A stretch of 64,000 nt of DNA from Rhizodiscina lignyota (lineage: Eukaryota): the NCBI GenBank assembly GCA_010015805.1, contig ML978129.1:1302001-1366000 (forward strand), given 5' to 3'. The stretch's first letter is position 1. Each line of letters begins with the position of its first letter. Below the pieces are notes generated by a model. That model was not told the DNA's origin and ran no database searches. It saw nothing but the letters and a program-made list of their open reading frames with translations. A program made the translations under genes and the position numbers. Shown here in pieces: positions 13,986 through 27,925 of this stretch.

Positions 13986-15214
13986 GCGTCTACGTCTTCA
14001 ACCCCTTTACCACTACATTCAGATTGACAAAAATTCCCCTGTACGACCACTGCATTTTCCGGCGCTGGTACTGGCGAGGTCATGCTCATGCTCATAATGA
14101 AATGACTTGATGGGAACCTGCATTGGGAAGGTGCCTTTCACACAAACCGTGGTTTTTTGCTTCTTTAATTCACTGTACCATCATTCACCATTCACCCCCT
14201 TTTGTACTTAGAAAAGGATGCTCCAGGTTTGTTCTCGTCTCAGGGAAGAAGTCGACGTGCAGGTCGTGCTTCTCACCACGGGACGAATTGGCCGGGCGTC
14301 CAGCCTTCAAGCGATACTCTGAGCGGTAGCGTAGCGAGCAGCAAGCGTATAGCACATGGTTAGGTAGAAAAATTCACGCTCGGAATCGTGCTTTAGAATT
14401 TGCGAGCCCCAATTGGAGACAGCCTGCAAATGGGGCCTTGAAAACTGTAATTCGCATCGCTTCAAGAGCATGCCTACTATATCCGGGAGTGTCCAACTCT
14501 ACATATGTTATCAGCGAGCGATGATTATGGCAAGCGTACGGTAAGAACTTATGTACCTGTCCACAACGGGTAGCCATGGCGATTGCGGCCGACGAACAAG
14601 GTGCGGCTGGAAGATGGGCCGCCCCCAAAAATAGGCGCGATCTCACTGACATCGCCGAGGCGAGTTTCACAGCGCCAAACAGACGAGCAGACACGCAATT
14701 GAGCTCTGTCTGCCAGCTTATACACACCGGCGGTCAGCCCACATCGACATTTGCCCAATTCAACACTCTTTACGCCCCTTTCGGAGGGTATTCGCCAATG
14801 TATTTGATGCAAACTGCTCAGCCTTGCGTTGGCGCTGGTGAACCGCACAGCAGTGTATTATTGCGGCGCCCCATGTATGTACGTGTGGCCACTGGCACAG
14901 CGCGCACCCAGCCTTCCCAATTGGTTTCGCACAATCTGGCAATTGATCCGTCTCTGAAACCTGAGCTTTGGCGGTAACATCTTTCTTCTCTCTCTCTCAT
15001 CTGCTCTTCTGATACCACAGCTCCCTCTATCCACTAACATACTTGTAACCTTCAACTTTCCGGAGATAAGCTTGACGAACACCTCACCCCGCAGCAAGGC
15101 TGAGCTCCCGCAGACAAACAGCACCTATCACGCAGCTTGAAACGCAACGGATCCGAATATCGTGAAACGACCGTCGCAGCGTGAGAAGTAAGGCAGCAAG
15201 GCACACTGCCTTTC

Positions 15215-18200
15215 ATGTCTTCGGACGACGTCCAGCGAAATCTTCTCTCCACACCTTCAGATTCCGACTTCTCGACTACCACTACCCCGCGCTTCTCTGG
15301 CCCAGCCTCCCCACGTTCACCTGGCACTGCGCTTGTTGTTCCCAGGCATCGTCCCGGTTATGCAAGAATTGGGTCGAACGATGGCAGGGGAATCCCTGAG
15401 GAAGACGATGATGGTGATGAATATACTACCGACATAACGGAGCAGAGGACTCCAAGCGGGCTTGGAATAGACAATGTTCCGGACGAGGCTGCGCAAGGCA
15501 ACAGAGCCAGGAGAGTCAGCGTGCAGAGTGTACCACGCAAAAGCATCGGTGTAGTTTCGCATAAGAAGGCCGACGTTGTGTCGCCAGACTATCCAGCAGG
15601 ACAAGAGTCGCCCAAGAGCACGCGAGCTAGCATCCAGGCTCTTAGTCCTACCACCAACGATGGCCCTGTGCCACCTGGAATATCAATCAGTGCAGATGAC
15701 GGCCGAAGGAGTCGAGATGGTATCAGCCACAGGTCACAGAAGTCAATAACTTCGTTGTCGGAGGCGGCGAACTTGCAAGTATACGAAGACCAAGAACCAC
15801 TCAGGCGAAATGCTGCACCTTCTCTGCGGTCTACGCGATCTGCGTATGATCTGAACGGCTTCGATCCTCGCGCCGCCTGCCCCGCCGATGTCAACTTCGA
15901 ACACAGCCGCTTCAACTGGTTCGGTGTATCCATGCTCATCCTTTCCATTTTCAGCACAATATTCTCAGGCATCTACTTCGTCATTGCAGCGCGCGCTCCC
16001 AGGTACGGCCACTTCGTCGGCACGAACGCAAGGCTATCTTCTTCCACGGCGTCTATTCTGACAACGCTGTTCGCAAAGCTAATTGAATTGAGCTACGTGA
16101 CTGTATTCGTGGCATTCCTCGGCCAAGCCTTGAGCAGGAGGGCGTTCATGGCGAAGGAGAGGGGAGTTAGCTTGGCGGAGTGGAGTATGCGTTCTTGGAT
16201 TATGCAACCGGGAAGCATGATCACGAATTACGAGACCCTGAGATATGCAGCAGTGACGGTACTGGGGGCGTGTGCGTTGGTTGCTTCAATAACTGCCTTG
16301 CTCTATACTACTGCCGCAGACGCGCTTGGTAAGGTCTTTCGGCCCTTATTTCAAGCGCGGTTACTAACTTCCCAATGTAGTTGCACCGCAGCTCAAATTT
16401 GACAACTGGCGGCCAGTCTTAATGCAAGGCCCAGTAAAAACTATTTTCGCAGACGTCGCCTTCATTGAGCAGCAGTGTGAAACACCCATTACCGCCAATC
16501 AAGACTCTGATGTAACAACTCCAGATATCATCGGGGCAACTTGCAATCAGATCCAACATGCTGCTCAGGGCTATCATAATTACCAGAAGTATCTGGCTAT
16601 CTGGAGTGAAGTTGCCAAATCTGGTATGGGATCGTCAGACCCTAAAGCCAGACCAGCTGGAGTTGCGCTTCTTCAGGAAAACACTACCATCACTGGAAGC
16701 TGGATCGATATTGTTGATGTTGCGAACGCTAGCGCGAAATTCAACAATAGAATCATCAACAATGTGAGCTTGGCTATGCCACATGCAGGAGTTAGCACTG
16801 CAGCGTACGATGCTCGAAACGGTATTCTGCAACCAAAGGTATGTCGATATTTAACAATCGGGCCGATATGAATGTATAACTCACTAATGTGTAAATAATA
16901 GGATCTGGATGGCCTCGGAGTGTACAACATACGTGCTTCAGTGCCAAGTCCTGTCGTTGATGTTCTCTGCGCAAATGTGGAAGAAGATGACATTAAAGAC
17001 ATCGTGTACATGGAGACTTCAGCAGGAAAAACTAAGCCGCTCAATCCTACTACATACCCAGCCGCAGTCGACTTTGGCAAGCTGAACAATTTCAGCATCA
17101 CTACCCCCCTTGACGATATTTTCGGATGGGGCCCGGAGAACCAACAACACCCACCGAGTAAGTCCCATTGATCATGGCTTCATATACTTCCAAATGCTTG
17201 TTAACAAATGTTCCTAGTGTTCCTCAAGCTTCCTATAGCATACAACACCGTCTTGAATCAGACGTTCGACTACGGCCGCGAGTCAATATACCTTCTCGGC
17301 AGAGGTGGGCCATCCCAAAACAACCAGCTGTTCCTCTGCCAGCTCCAAGCAAGACAAACTCCACATTGCTCTACAAATTTCACAGCCACCAGCTCTGGGG
17401 CAACAATGGTAGTCGACTGCGACCCTAATGATCCTATGGCGTACATCAGGAGCTTGCGTAATGCCTCTGACTTCAACAGCACGACAAGCAAAGACTGGCC
17501 ATCGGTTGCCAGTGAATGGGGTAACAGTCTTAGCCTTAATGCCGGAATCAGCGATGGGAATGCAAGCAATGCACGTCTTCTGACAGAGCTTGCACTTGCT
17601 GGGCCGACTCTGAATCCTGCACTTCCTAGTCCTGCTGAAGCTCTCGCTGCGCTAGCTGGAAATACTTTGCTCATGAGCACAGAATATGCGCCATTCGTTG
17701 AGTTCTTCGTGAGTGGCTTCTCCTATATCTCTTAATCCTGACCAACTTTGACTAACCACAGAGATACAGAATTACTCGACTACCATCTTGGACACTCCGC
17801 AATATCAGTACTTCAATGCGTCAATTAGAGCCCAGCAATACGCCTCTGGCGGTGTCTTCGCTTATCAAAAGGGATTTTATATCGTGCTTTTCGTCACTTT
17901 CTTTACCAATGTTCTTGTTCTCATCTACTTCCTCGTACATAACCACCTCGTCACCGATTTCTCCGAACCTCCGAACTTGTTCACTCTGGCAGTCAATTCG
18001 CCACCAAGTCGCCTCCTCGCTGGCAGCTGTGGAGGTGGCCCGAAAGGCCATGAGTATGCTGTCAAGTGGAGGATCGGTGAAGAAGGGAGCCACCTCCATG
18101 TGGTAAGCGAGGAGCCAAGGGGATTCAAGCCACGACCGGTCAGTGTCACGAGTTTCGAGATGGACGAAGGCACCAGGGGCAGATCGAGCATAATGAGTCC

Positions 18201-18249
18201 AATCAGTCGGACGTATAGCAAGTACAGTAGGAGGAGAAGCAGGTTATGA
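15215..18249 (+). CDS. Uncharacterised multi-pass membrane protein, about 932 aa, with a disordered N-terminus and a large probably lumenal domain
   Basis: Exons 15215-16328, 16381-16838, 16902-17157, 17218-17708, 17770-18249 join four ORF-track fragments in frame with GT-AG introns. Hydrophobic segments WFGVSMLILSIFSTIFSGIYFVIA, LSYVTVFVAFLGQAL, VLGACALVASITALLY and FYIVLFVTFFTNVLVLIYFL; many N-x-S/T sequons. Confidence 0.8.
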
Positions 18250-19895
18250 GCAAACTAGGATATGGCTGGACGACTAATGTTGCTTGAACGATGACGACTT
18301 TCTTTGCACTTAATCTTTTGATGTATAATTTAATACCGGCGATGTCGCCGTCAGACAGGGTTCCGGGGCGGTAGTTTATGCTTTCGAGCGGCGTCAAGCC
18401 GCACCCGCAGCATCAGAGTGCTGACGGTGCGTTATTAATGGTTGCGAATAAACATTTCGCGCTCTATGGTTCATGCCATTGTTCAAGGTGCGGTAGCAAT
18501 GATACGAAGCAAGCATACAAAGCTCAACTCCAATTCTTCATAATCCTCATTCTGTTTTATCGAGTCTATTGGCCCTTCCAGGGGACATACGAAGCTGTGA
18601 CATAGGTAGTTTTGGGGGCTATCACGTGATGTCAGCAGGTGTAAATCTATCCTTTCCAAGTACCACCAGCCCTTGCCTACTGCAACCCCCTGCCAACCTT
18701 GTTTCTACTGCTGTGCCATTTCATCTAGAATCCCATCTACTCCTCTTGCTCACGATCGCCTTTCGTTTCGGCGTCCACGAACTGTCGCATCTATGTTGAT
18801 GTTGTTCTAAGGTGACCAGCTTCCTGTTCCGGATAACGCTGGAATCTCCGCACGTCATGCTGCGTTGCGATTGTGTTATCACTTGATAACGCGGTGGCAC
18901 TCGGACCTTCTGATCCATCTTTCCAAAGGACCGGGTCCTAAAGAATAGCTCTTTCAGATTTCTACGGAGCAGTGCCATCACTAACCCTTCTAACTCAAAA
19001 GTGAGCAGTTCCTGGAGAGAACGTTTCAAAAATCGACCGAACGCGAAACAAGATACAGGGCTTCGGAAGCTTCCAAACCCTTGGGCGGCCTGCCACAGAC
19101 GGTCGTGCGGAGATTAAATGTGCTTGATGCAGGACATCTCACCCCGCTCAAGAACGAATAGTGACTGCATATTTCCCTATTTCTTGGATTTCCCACTTTA
19201 ACCTACATACGTATAGTCGTACGGATCGCCAGGGATGTGTACCGGTGCATCCGCCTCCCGCCTTTCACTCTGGCCAGCCGCCACGATACTACTCTAACAC
19301 CGGCTGTTACCTTGAACGAGAGCCCTGGCATACGACCCAATATGGAGTCGCCGTGGAGTGTCACGCTTTAGCTTGATTACCGGCTAATGCAAGATTGGGC
19401 TCAGTACGAACGGTTGCCGTCTCGGTCATGTTCACCGATGACCTTCTTTCCTGAGGCCTGAACGCTGTCGATCCGTCCTTATCATTTTGTCCACCCACTC
19501 TGCTGGGCTTCTATTCCGCTGCGCTAGAACTCAGGCAGAAGGTTAAACCGACTTCGATTGGCCCTGATCATTGATGAGGATTCTGAAAGTCATGATCCCT
19601 GAACCGTGCGTAGTATACAGTGGAGACTGCGGAGGGGTTCCTGGCGCGATTGAAAAGTCTACTGGGGTAGCTTTGAGCTTTGAAGCTTGGAGCTATCACC
19701 ATGACGGTAGGCGTGGAGTTGATTGCAGTGCCTATGCAAAAAAATTCATTTAAGCTGCATGATGTGCCATTCTTTCGTTGCTCTCTGTGAGGTTTCGTTT
19801 CCTTCCCTCTGCCATTGTTTCGTTTGGGCTTCCAAGCAGTCTCAAGACACTTTCCAGAACCTTTTGCTGCCTCTTGAACTTTCATCTCCGCAAAG

Positions 19896-21997
19896 ATGAA
19901 GTGGCAATTACTCCAGAGCGTCGCTACTGCAGCTTTACTGCTCAGTGACGAAGCGGCGGCGAAGATCAAAATGCCAAGGAATTATAGAGAAAAGAGAGCC
20001 GAGCCACTCAGGAAACGACAACTTCCAAATTTGGCGCCTCGTCAGGACTTCCCCAAGAACGCCACGGGCGTGAAGACCATCACCGCCCCATCGGGTGCCA
20101 CCATTCGCTACAAGGAGCCTGGGAAGGCAGGAGTATGTGAGACGACTCCTGGGGTCAATTCGTCAGTTACCCTCTCGCATAATGAAACATTGAAACGGAG
20201 GCTTACGAATGAATTAGATATTCAGGCTACATTGATCTCTCGCCAGATTCCCACACGTTCTTCTGGTTCTTTGAATCGCGCAGAGATCCCGCGAACGATG
20301 ACATCACGCTATGGCTCAATGGAGGCCCAGGATCCGACTCGCTCATTGGGCTCTTTGAAGAACTCGGTCCTTGCAATGTCACTGCCAATCTCACGACAAT
20401 GGTGAATCCATATAGCTGGAATGAGGTTTCAAACCTTCTGTTCCTGTCGCAGCCTGTGGGCACGGGGTTCTCGTACTCTGAAGAAGCCCCAGGTTCATTT
20501 GAGCCATTTACCGGACAATATCTGAACACGTCTTCTGCACCTGCAACCGGCATCTGGCCAGTCATTGACGCATTCAACATCGACACCACGAATTTGGCGG
20601 CTGTGGCAACTTGGCACATCCTGCAAGGCTTCTTGAGCGCACTTCCGCAGCTCGATTCCGGCGTGAAGTCGAAGACATTCAACTTGTGGACAGAGTCGTA
20701 TGGTGGACACTATGGGTATGTGACCTTACAAGCCAGCTTGGTGGAGTGCTAACAGTGCTAGACCTGCGTTCTATAACTATTTCTATGACCAGAATCAAGG
20801 GATCAAGAACGGCACCGCCGATGGTATTGAGCTGAATATGAATACACTCGGAGTAAGTCTTTCGGATGATCCCCCCCCTTTTTTGGACGTACCTTTGTGA
20901 TGAGTATCATACACTCGCCAATCATTATACCAAGAGCTTTTGATGCCCTGCTAGCGCCTGAACTCTGCTAATGAGATGCAGATTGGTAACGGCATCATCG
21001 ATGAAGTTATCCAAGCGCCGCAATATCCCGAATTTGCTGTAAACAACACTTATGGGTATGTTATCCTATGATACAAAAGATGTCATAACTATTCTAATTT
21101 GCTCTATGTAATTTAGAATCAAGGCCTACAATGACACCGTGTACAATTATGCAAAGTTTGCAGCGCATATGGTCGGCGTAAGTCGTATTCCTTTCAAAGA
21201 GAAAGTGTCCGCGTCCTAGATGAGGTACTCACGTCTAATAGGGCTGCCTCGATCTCACGAACGAATGTCGTCAACTCAATCGCACCACCTTCTCCGACTT
21301 CGTCTTCTGTTCGGAAGCTGCCGACATGTGCCGAGATAACGTCGAAAGCCCTTATTATAATTACGGCGGCCGAGGCGTCTACGATATACGCCATCCGTAC
21401 GTTGACCCGACACCACCAGGTTATTTCGCGGATTACCTCAATATAGGCTCCGTACAAGAAGCGCTCGGAGTCAGCCTCAACTACACAGACAGCAATAACG
21501 ACATCTATTGGGCCTTCCAGTCGACTGGCGACTTTGTGTACGAGTACTTCACCGAGGACCTCGAGATGTTGCTGGATGCGGGCGTGCGTGTTTCGCTTTA
21601 CTACGGCGACGCGGACTACATTTGCAACTGGTTCGGTGGGCAGGCAGTAAGCCTGGCAATAAAGTACACGCATAGCAAGGAATTCGCTGCTGCAGGTTAT
21701 GCACCGTTCAAGGTTGACGGAACGGAGTATGGCGAGGTACGCCAGTACGGAAACTTCAGCTTCTTGAGAGTCTACGAATCCGGACATGAGGTTCCTTATT
21801 ATCAGCCCATCGCTGCCCTGGCAATGTTCAATCGCACAATCAGCCATCTTGATATTGCGACGGGTGAGGACCCGCTCACTGCGGATCTGAGCACGGAAGG
21901 CGAAGCAACAGCAACCCATACGGAATCATTCGTTGCGTTGCCGAGTAGCACTGGTGGTGGAAGTGCATCGGCAGCCCCGGTTTTCTTTGCGGCGTAG
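19896..21997 (+). CDS. Secreted serine carboxypeptidase (family S10), about 581 aa
   Basis: Exons 19896-20161, 20218-20715, 20762-20852, 20982-21055, 21117-21177, 21242-21997. Signal peptide MKWQLLQSVATAALLL; WLNGGPGS; catalytic triad motifs TESYGGHYG, GDADYICNW and SGHEVPYYQP. Confidence 0.95.
20897..20961 (+). ncRNA. Candidate intronic box C/D snoRNA-like element
   Basis: Lies in the longest carboxypeptidase intron (20853-20981). Box C GTGATGA at 20897, C'-like TGATGC at 20941, box D CTGA at 20958. No target identified. Confidence 0.25.
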
Positions 21998-22153
21998 TCG
22001 ATCTGGCTTGATGAGTGGCTGTAACGTACCATAATGATGATAGGCTAGGGCGGAGACGCCTGGCTTGGATATGAATGATGATTTTACCTCATTAACAGAG
22101 CTGCGCTACATGCATGCCCAACCATGAAGGAGTTAATTTCCAGCGAGCGAAAA

Positions 22154-23176
22154 CTACAGAGCCACTCTACTACAGTTGCCTTTAGCTATTACAAGAAGTT
22201 TCTGCATATTAGTGAGTCTACATTCGAGGTTATCTGGGAGTAGCTTGCCAAACCTGTCGGGGATCGGTGTCCCTGCTGGAGAATGATTATATGTTAGCAC
22301 AACAATATCTTTTGATATATGCAAATCTCTTACCAATGCAGCATAACGAAAACAGTTCTCTTCTGATAATCCTTGTTCCTCGACATAGTGTTCTACAGAG
22401 CAGGCCATGATAAATCGACGCCGTCTCTCTATTGCGGCCGCTTTATTCTATTCTTTCCGCAGCCTGCTCCATTCTCGGTAAGTATTAGGGGTTTTGATCA
22501 TGGTCATCCATATATCGCTAAAGTAGATGTAAATCGCGGTGAGGAGGAAAGGAAATATGACTAGGATAGTGAGGCCGCCTATCACGATCGCCACGATGTG
22601 CAGGGGGCTTAACACGGGGTTTGGTTTGGTATGGGAGCCATGTCTCGGACGGTATGATTTATAGTGTTGCCAATATATTTGTTATCGGCGATGGGGTACT
22701 ATTGTACTCGGCAGTATTAGAATGTTAAACATGAGATGCATTCAAGAGTACTGCAGTTTCCAAGACCATTTTGCAAGACATTTTTAGCGCGTTGTTGAAC
22801 GGCCCTGAAATTAACCCATTTCTGAAGCGTCTACAATTCAGCGTTCATTTACATTAGATTTGCTAGGATTGGCTGTGATTTTGCGAAGCAAGAGTACAAC
22901 TCAAAAATGGTATGCTCTATTGCTCTATCTAACCGAAAGAGGAAGTGATGAAGCCCGTGTCCGTGTCCGCCGGCCCTATGGTCCACTATGATAGAACATC
23001 CCACTGTGCGCGGGATGTCGCGCCATGGTATGGTCCACCACACATATAATTCCCCACGCATACGAAGAACTAGAGAATGCGATATCAATGCATCCTGTGG
23101 GCGCAGTATCATTGTCCACGCAACCCCCTGTCATGCCTTCTGGTGAGGCTGTGTTGGGGTTGTAATAGCCCAAAAC
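22154..23176 (-). pseudogene. Probable eroded gene for a single-pass membrane protein
   Basis: TM-like LSPLHIVAIVIGGLTILVIFPFLLTAIYIYF (22612-22520) is in frame with ORF 22408-22154 but separated from it by TAG at 22450-22448. Upstream exon-like pieces (VLGYYNPNTASPEGMTGGCVDNDTAPTGCIDIAF) are flanked by splice-like signals. I could not build an intact model. Confidence 0.4.
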
Positions 23177-23581
23177 CTGTTAGGAGACATTGATCCTTTG
23201 TATGGACCAATTTGGTATAACTACATGCGCTAGAATCCATCCCGTCGGCCCTAATATGGTCTATTTTAGATCCTCGCACCCTTCCCTCGTTTCACAGCAT
23301 AGAAGAACTGCAGGAGACTTCACTCCCTTGATTCCTTGAGACCCAATGATCGACGGCGGTGAACTCTTAGGATAAAGGCGACGACTGATATTCTTCTGCT
23401 CTAACTGCTAAAGTGACACGATCCCTGCTAATACATTCTGTTTGGGTATTCTGAACCTTTGAAAAGTTTGTCGCCGCAAGGGCCTGCCTTGCATTTTCGC
23501 CACGCTGAAAAGGATCAAAATCTGTCAGTTGCTGTTCACCGCCTCTGTCTCAACTTTGGCCTTTGTCTCAGGACGTCATCA

Positions 23582-24535
23582 TTAACTAGACGATGCCCCA
23601 ACCTTGTTTCTCTTCGACGTCTTTTCATCTTTCTTCTTCCCCTGTCTCAGTTTGGTGGCCTGAGCATTCGGCTCTATCCGTAACATGCCGTTTTTCCTCA
23701 GTTCCTGCAGCTGTGCGGCGTCGATAATCTTCTGATTCCATAAATGTCTGAACAGACGCTGCTCTTTCAACTTTGCCGTTCTTCCGCTCAACTCGAGTCC
23801 CTCTCCCTTTGCACAGTGTTGAGCGACATGCGCCATGCGATACGCCCATGCGGTCGAGCCGTCCGCAAACTTGTGCTCGAGTTGCTCGCAGGAAGGATAG
23901 GGACAATTGACCTGTTTGGGAAGCTCGTACCCGTAAAAATGGAAGAGGGAATGTTCGTAACACTCTGACGCCTCGAAGAATATCCAAGGACACTGGAGAA
24001 AATAGAATGGGCAGCGGTGGACCTGCGGTGGAAGAGATGGAATATTATCGTCAACATCAAGACTGTGTACCTGGCCTCTCTGGAGGATTGCAGTGTCGAC
24101 AGTCGTCAGGAGTGAAGTAGAGTTTACTGTGGAGCGTGAAACGGACAAGCTTGGGGTGGCCGTACTCCCATCACCCTCTACCATGTGTATGGGCACCATG
24201 GAATCAGCCGCCGCCACATTGACCGCAAACGTGTCGTTGCTACCATCCAACAAAGATATTCTGGCGAGTGCCTCGTGTGGAGCTGCACCAGAAGCGACGT
24301 CAGTTGAAAATGAAGAGCTATATTCTGCATGGCTTCGTCCGTTGACATCTAAGTACCCGGAGACCCGGTTCCGTTCTCGCGAGTCTTCACGATCGAGGAA
24401 GAGGAAACTGAAAGTTGCAGAATCATGTCGGCGTCGATCTGACTGACCGGATTGTGGCGGATGTTGCACTATTCTCGGTTAGTTCCAATGCAGTCATTGT
24501 TCAAGCCACGCGGCTGAAACGAAAGTGTAAGTACT
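23582..24535 (-). CDS. Uncharacterised protein with two degenerate C2H2-like zinc-binding motifs (paralog A)
   Basis: 295-aa ORF 24469-23582 with CPFYFLQC..HSLFHF and CPYPSC..HVAQH, then LFRHLW..IIDAAQLQEL and a basic tail. The start is uncertain: either A|TG across intron 24534-24469, or ATG 24600 with donor 24554. Confidence 0.7.
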
Positions 24536-27500
24536 TGTCGGAAATCCGTCATACGCTCTATTTGAACGTTAACTGATGGCCAAACGGCTCTTTTACTCAT
24601 ACCAATGGGGCTAAACGGATATCGAAGGGATGCTGATTAGGATCCATACGCCCGGCCGATCAGCAGAGTTCCGACTTCTAATTAGCAGTAAGTCACTCAC
24701 GTATATAAGCCGTACGCCAGTGCGGCTCATTTGAGACAGCAGAACAGTTACACAACATTTCGACGGCGCCCGCACGCCGATGGCTCGAGCAGCGAGTGTG
24801 TTGGGGCTCGACATCATTCGCGGGTGAGCAAGCCAAACGCCCAAGGAAGGGAGTACCATGTTTCAAACTGACCTAGCAGCGCTATGAATACGGCAACAAT
24901 GCTCACAACTGGTCGCTCCTTATCCCTAGCTGGACACATCTCGGTCTTGACTCTTTCTCACATATGGTAGTATGGCATCCCCCGTCGATCGGTAGTCATC
25001 CTGGCATTGGTATGTCCAGCAGGTGTCTGGACTCTGCGTACTCGGACGACTGAACCAGGATTTCGGGAGTCGTTTCTGCAGCCGCCCGATGGCCATCACA
25101 CTCAACTAGCGTTCTTATCGTGCATTACAGGCGTCCCCTCTCGACATCAGGGAAGATCGCTGAAGACGTCAGACCGCTCTTTTATACAGAGCGAGTTCAT
25201 CATTGTGCCGGATTTAGACTGGACATGCGGAGCCAAGGAGCTTCGCTGGGAGCTGCCACTTGTGCATGCTGCTGTCCCCCGTCCCAAATGCAGCCACGGG
25301 CAGAGAGCCAGCAACTAGAAACCAAAGCGATGATGTGCACCCCTCGCGCCCCCGCTGCACATACAGTGTACATATCCTCGAGCTTGCCGGCACTCTGGAT
25401 TCGACTAGATTGGTAGGAGACTATGAGGTCAAGCCGTCTGAATTGGCCTGAACGAGACTACGAGAACGCAGCGCGTTTCGGAGCCACTGCGGGGACCAAG
25501 CACGAGAAGATTCCTGCTGTAATGCTGGCGGCCCATGCTCCTCCAGAGATATGCGCCGAGTGAAATTCGCTCCAAAACCAAGTTGCCTTACGAGGCAACC
25601 AGACATCAAGCTCTTAATGGGGTCGAAGGCCACCCCGACCTGTACCTAGCTATGACAGACGCACAATGGCGCCAGAGCCCCGCTAACAATGTCGGAATGA
25701 CAGAGCCGACATCATCAGCGCATATCAATGTGGAGTCGCGCATGAACCGAATGGAGAATCGAGAGGCACGTAGCTCTCTAAATTTCAGCTGAGAAAAAGC
25801 AGAACAACGACTGCCAATCGTAGGCAAATATTGCTTGGGTGCTCCTAGCCTAACTCTCATCCGACTCTCTCGACTCATTGCCCTAGCTCAAGCTCGTGCC
25901 AATGCAAACTTGGGGTGTCTACCAAGCTCATGCCAGCTCCAGGCCAATATTTGTCATGGTGTCCTACAATTATGGCGGTGGACTGGAGTGAAATTGACCG
26001 CTTGATCAGAGGCAGCCTCGTCACAAGCAGGGTCCAACCAGGATCTCCTCTATCCTATCTCGGAGCCACGGCGGAATAGAAAGTGAAGAACGCTGTCGTA
26101 TCCCAACCTGAGCGATTAGACTCATCGTAGATCCGCAAACATTGTTTCACGATGTCACATAGACGTGGGTTCTAAGACCAGTGTTTCTTTCTGTCAATCC
26201 TGCTACACATCGGAGGAGGCGTGGATGGACATAACGCAGAATATCCGTCTCCGAAGCTCGTGGATAGACGTCGCGTCGCATACACCATGACAAATATTTC
26301 GATACAAAACTCTACTCTAAGTGTAAGAAAGGCGTCATCAGTCATTAAGGTAAAGCGAAAGGCAATGCTGAATGTGCTGTACAAAATCGGCGTGCTCTAT
26401 CTATTCAAAGGAGCACTCCATTCCTCTAAGATATCAGATCGAGCCTTTTGGTTTTAAACAGGACGACGGAGAGCAGTTTTATCATATCTAGTTACTTTTC
26501 TACGCATGTACTAGCAGTTTATGAGAAAGCTTGTTTAATCTTGTGTATTGTCTTCGTCGATCAAACCTAATTGATACTCTACACCGGTGGCTGTGTCGCC
26601 GATAATACTAGACCTTCCTATTAAAAACGGTCATCTTGCACGATTGAATCAATCGCCTCTTATTCGCTCTTAAATTCCTATAAATAAGAATCATTTTAGC
26701 TGAGTTGATCCTTTTTGGATCAGCACCAATTCTTGTGCTAAAGTGTCTCGGCGTTCAAACCGGCATCATATCTCCGCGAGCTCGTCCCTTTCAGTTGCCT
26801 TCACGAGGCAAACGGCTATCTGCTAACGCCCTAAATTAAATTGCATATTAGTGAAAAATTTGCGTGGGGATGAGAAATCATCCTCCCTGGCACTATCAAG
26901 CTGCATTTAGCACATTAATTCCCCGTTAGCTCTTGATCCAAGCCCGCATACGTCACCATATTGACGATGTCGAGCTCGGAAGAGTGTGTACATATGTGAC
27001 GTTGGCGTCATGGCCAGTCGCCGAAGACTTCCAGAGCACTATGCGCCCAATCCAACCACGCCAGTGTCGGCAACGCGCAGTCGATCTACGCAAGTTCGGT
27101 CGAGTCAAGTCAACGCAGCGTAGAGATGTGAAGGCCGGCAGGCGGTAGCTCGCAGGCACGATGCAGAGCTAACGCAACGTGCGCGTGGAGTACAGCTGTA
27201 GGGCAGGTTCACCGTCTGGAGCTCTATCAATTGCGGGTGTGTTCGAGTCTATTGTATGTAAAGGGCGGTGAGTTCGTTCTCCGGGTCTCCCTGGAAAGAG
27301 TTCCAAACATAACCTGTGAGAATTGATTCAGAGCTCCTCGGCGTGTGATGAATTTGGCCGTGCCGCATGGTACACGCAGAGAGCTACCCCTGCTGCTGCT
27401 GGAATGGCCTCCGTCTCGATAGCAATCGGCCCTTCGCGCCACGAAAAGCACGAGTGAGGGCGGTGGAAAACGTGTCAAACGCTCGCGCGAACATCTACGC

Positions 27501-27925
27501 TCGTATGACTTTCCGAAGGACTCAGAACGAGGCTACCACTCGTCGATAATCCCCTTCCCTGCGTCATCCGGTTGTTCGACAAAGTCCCAGAGCCGGGCGC
27601 TTGGGTGTTGCTTTCCATTGACAGGCTAACCCAGCACACCCACCAACAAGCTTGTGGGTCGTTCCTTGGGCCTCTTCTGTGTCACCCCGCTCGCCGACAA
27701 TCGTGTGGCATCTGGCGCAGAGCCGCATTACAGTCAGTTAAAGGAAGAGCGGGATTCATGACATAAGACGTCGGGTTCCCATGTTTTGAGCTGATATGGT
27801 GGATTGATTGAGAAACTCAACGCCCCGGTGTGATCGCCATCAAACGTTTTCAGTAAACATCTTTCAATTGAAGAAAAAGAAAAAGGGAAGCAGACAAGTA
27901 GTGATTCAGTACTGTACATGACAAG

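Noticed and set aside
18250..19890. Short ORFs between the membrane protein and carboxypeptidase genes
   Set aside because: No motifs and no consistent splice model; treated as intergenic.
24600..27900. Possible transposon remnant in the spacer between the paralogs (AT-rich near 26.3-26.9 kb)
   Set aside because: I could not see terminal repeats, target-site duplications or transposase/RT motifs.
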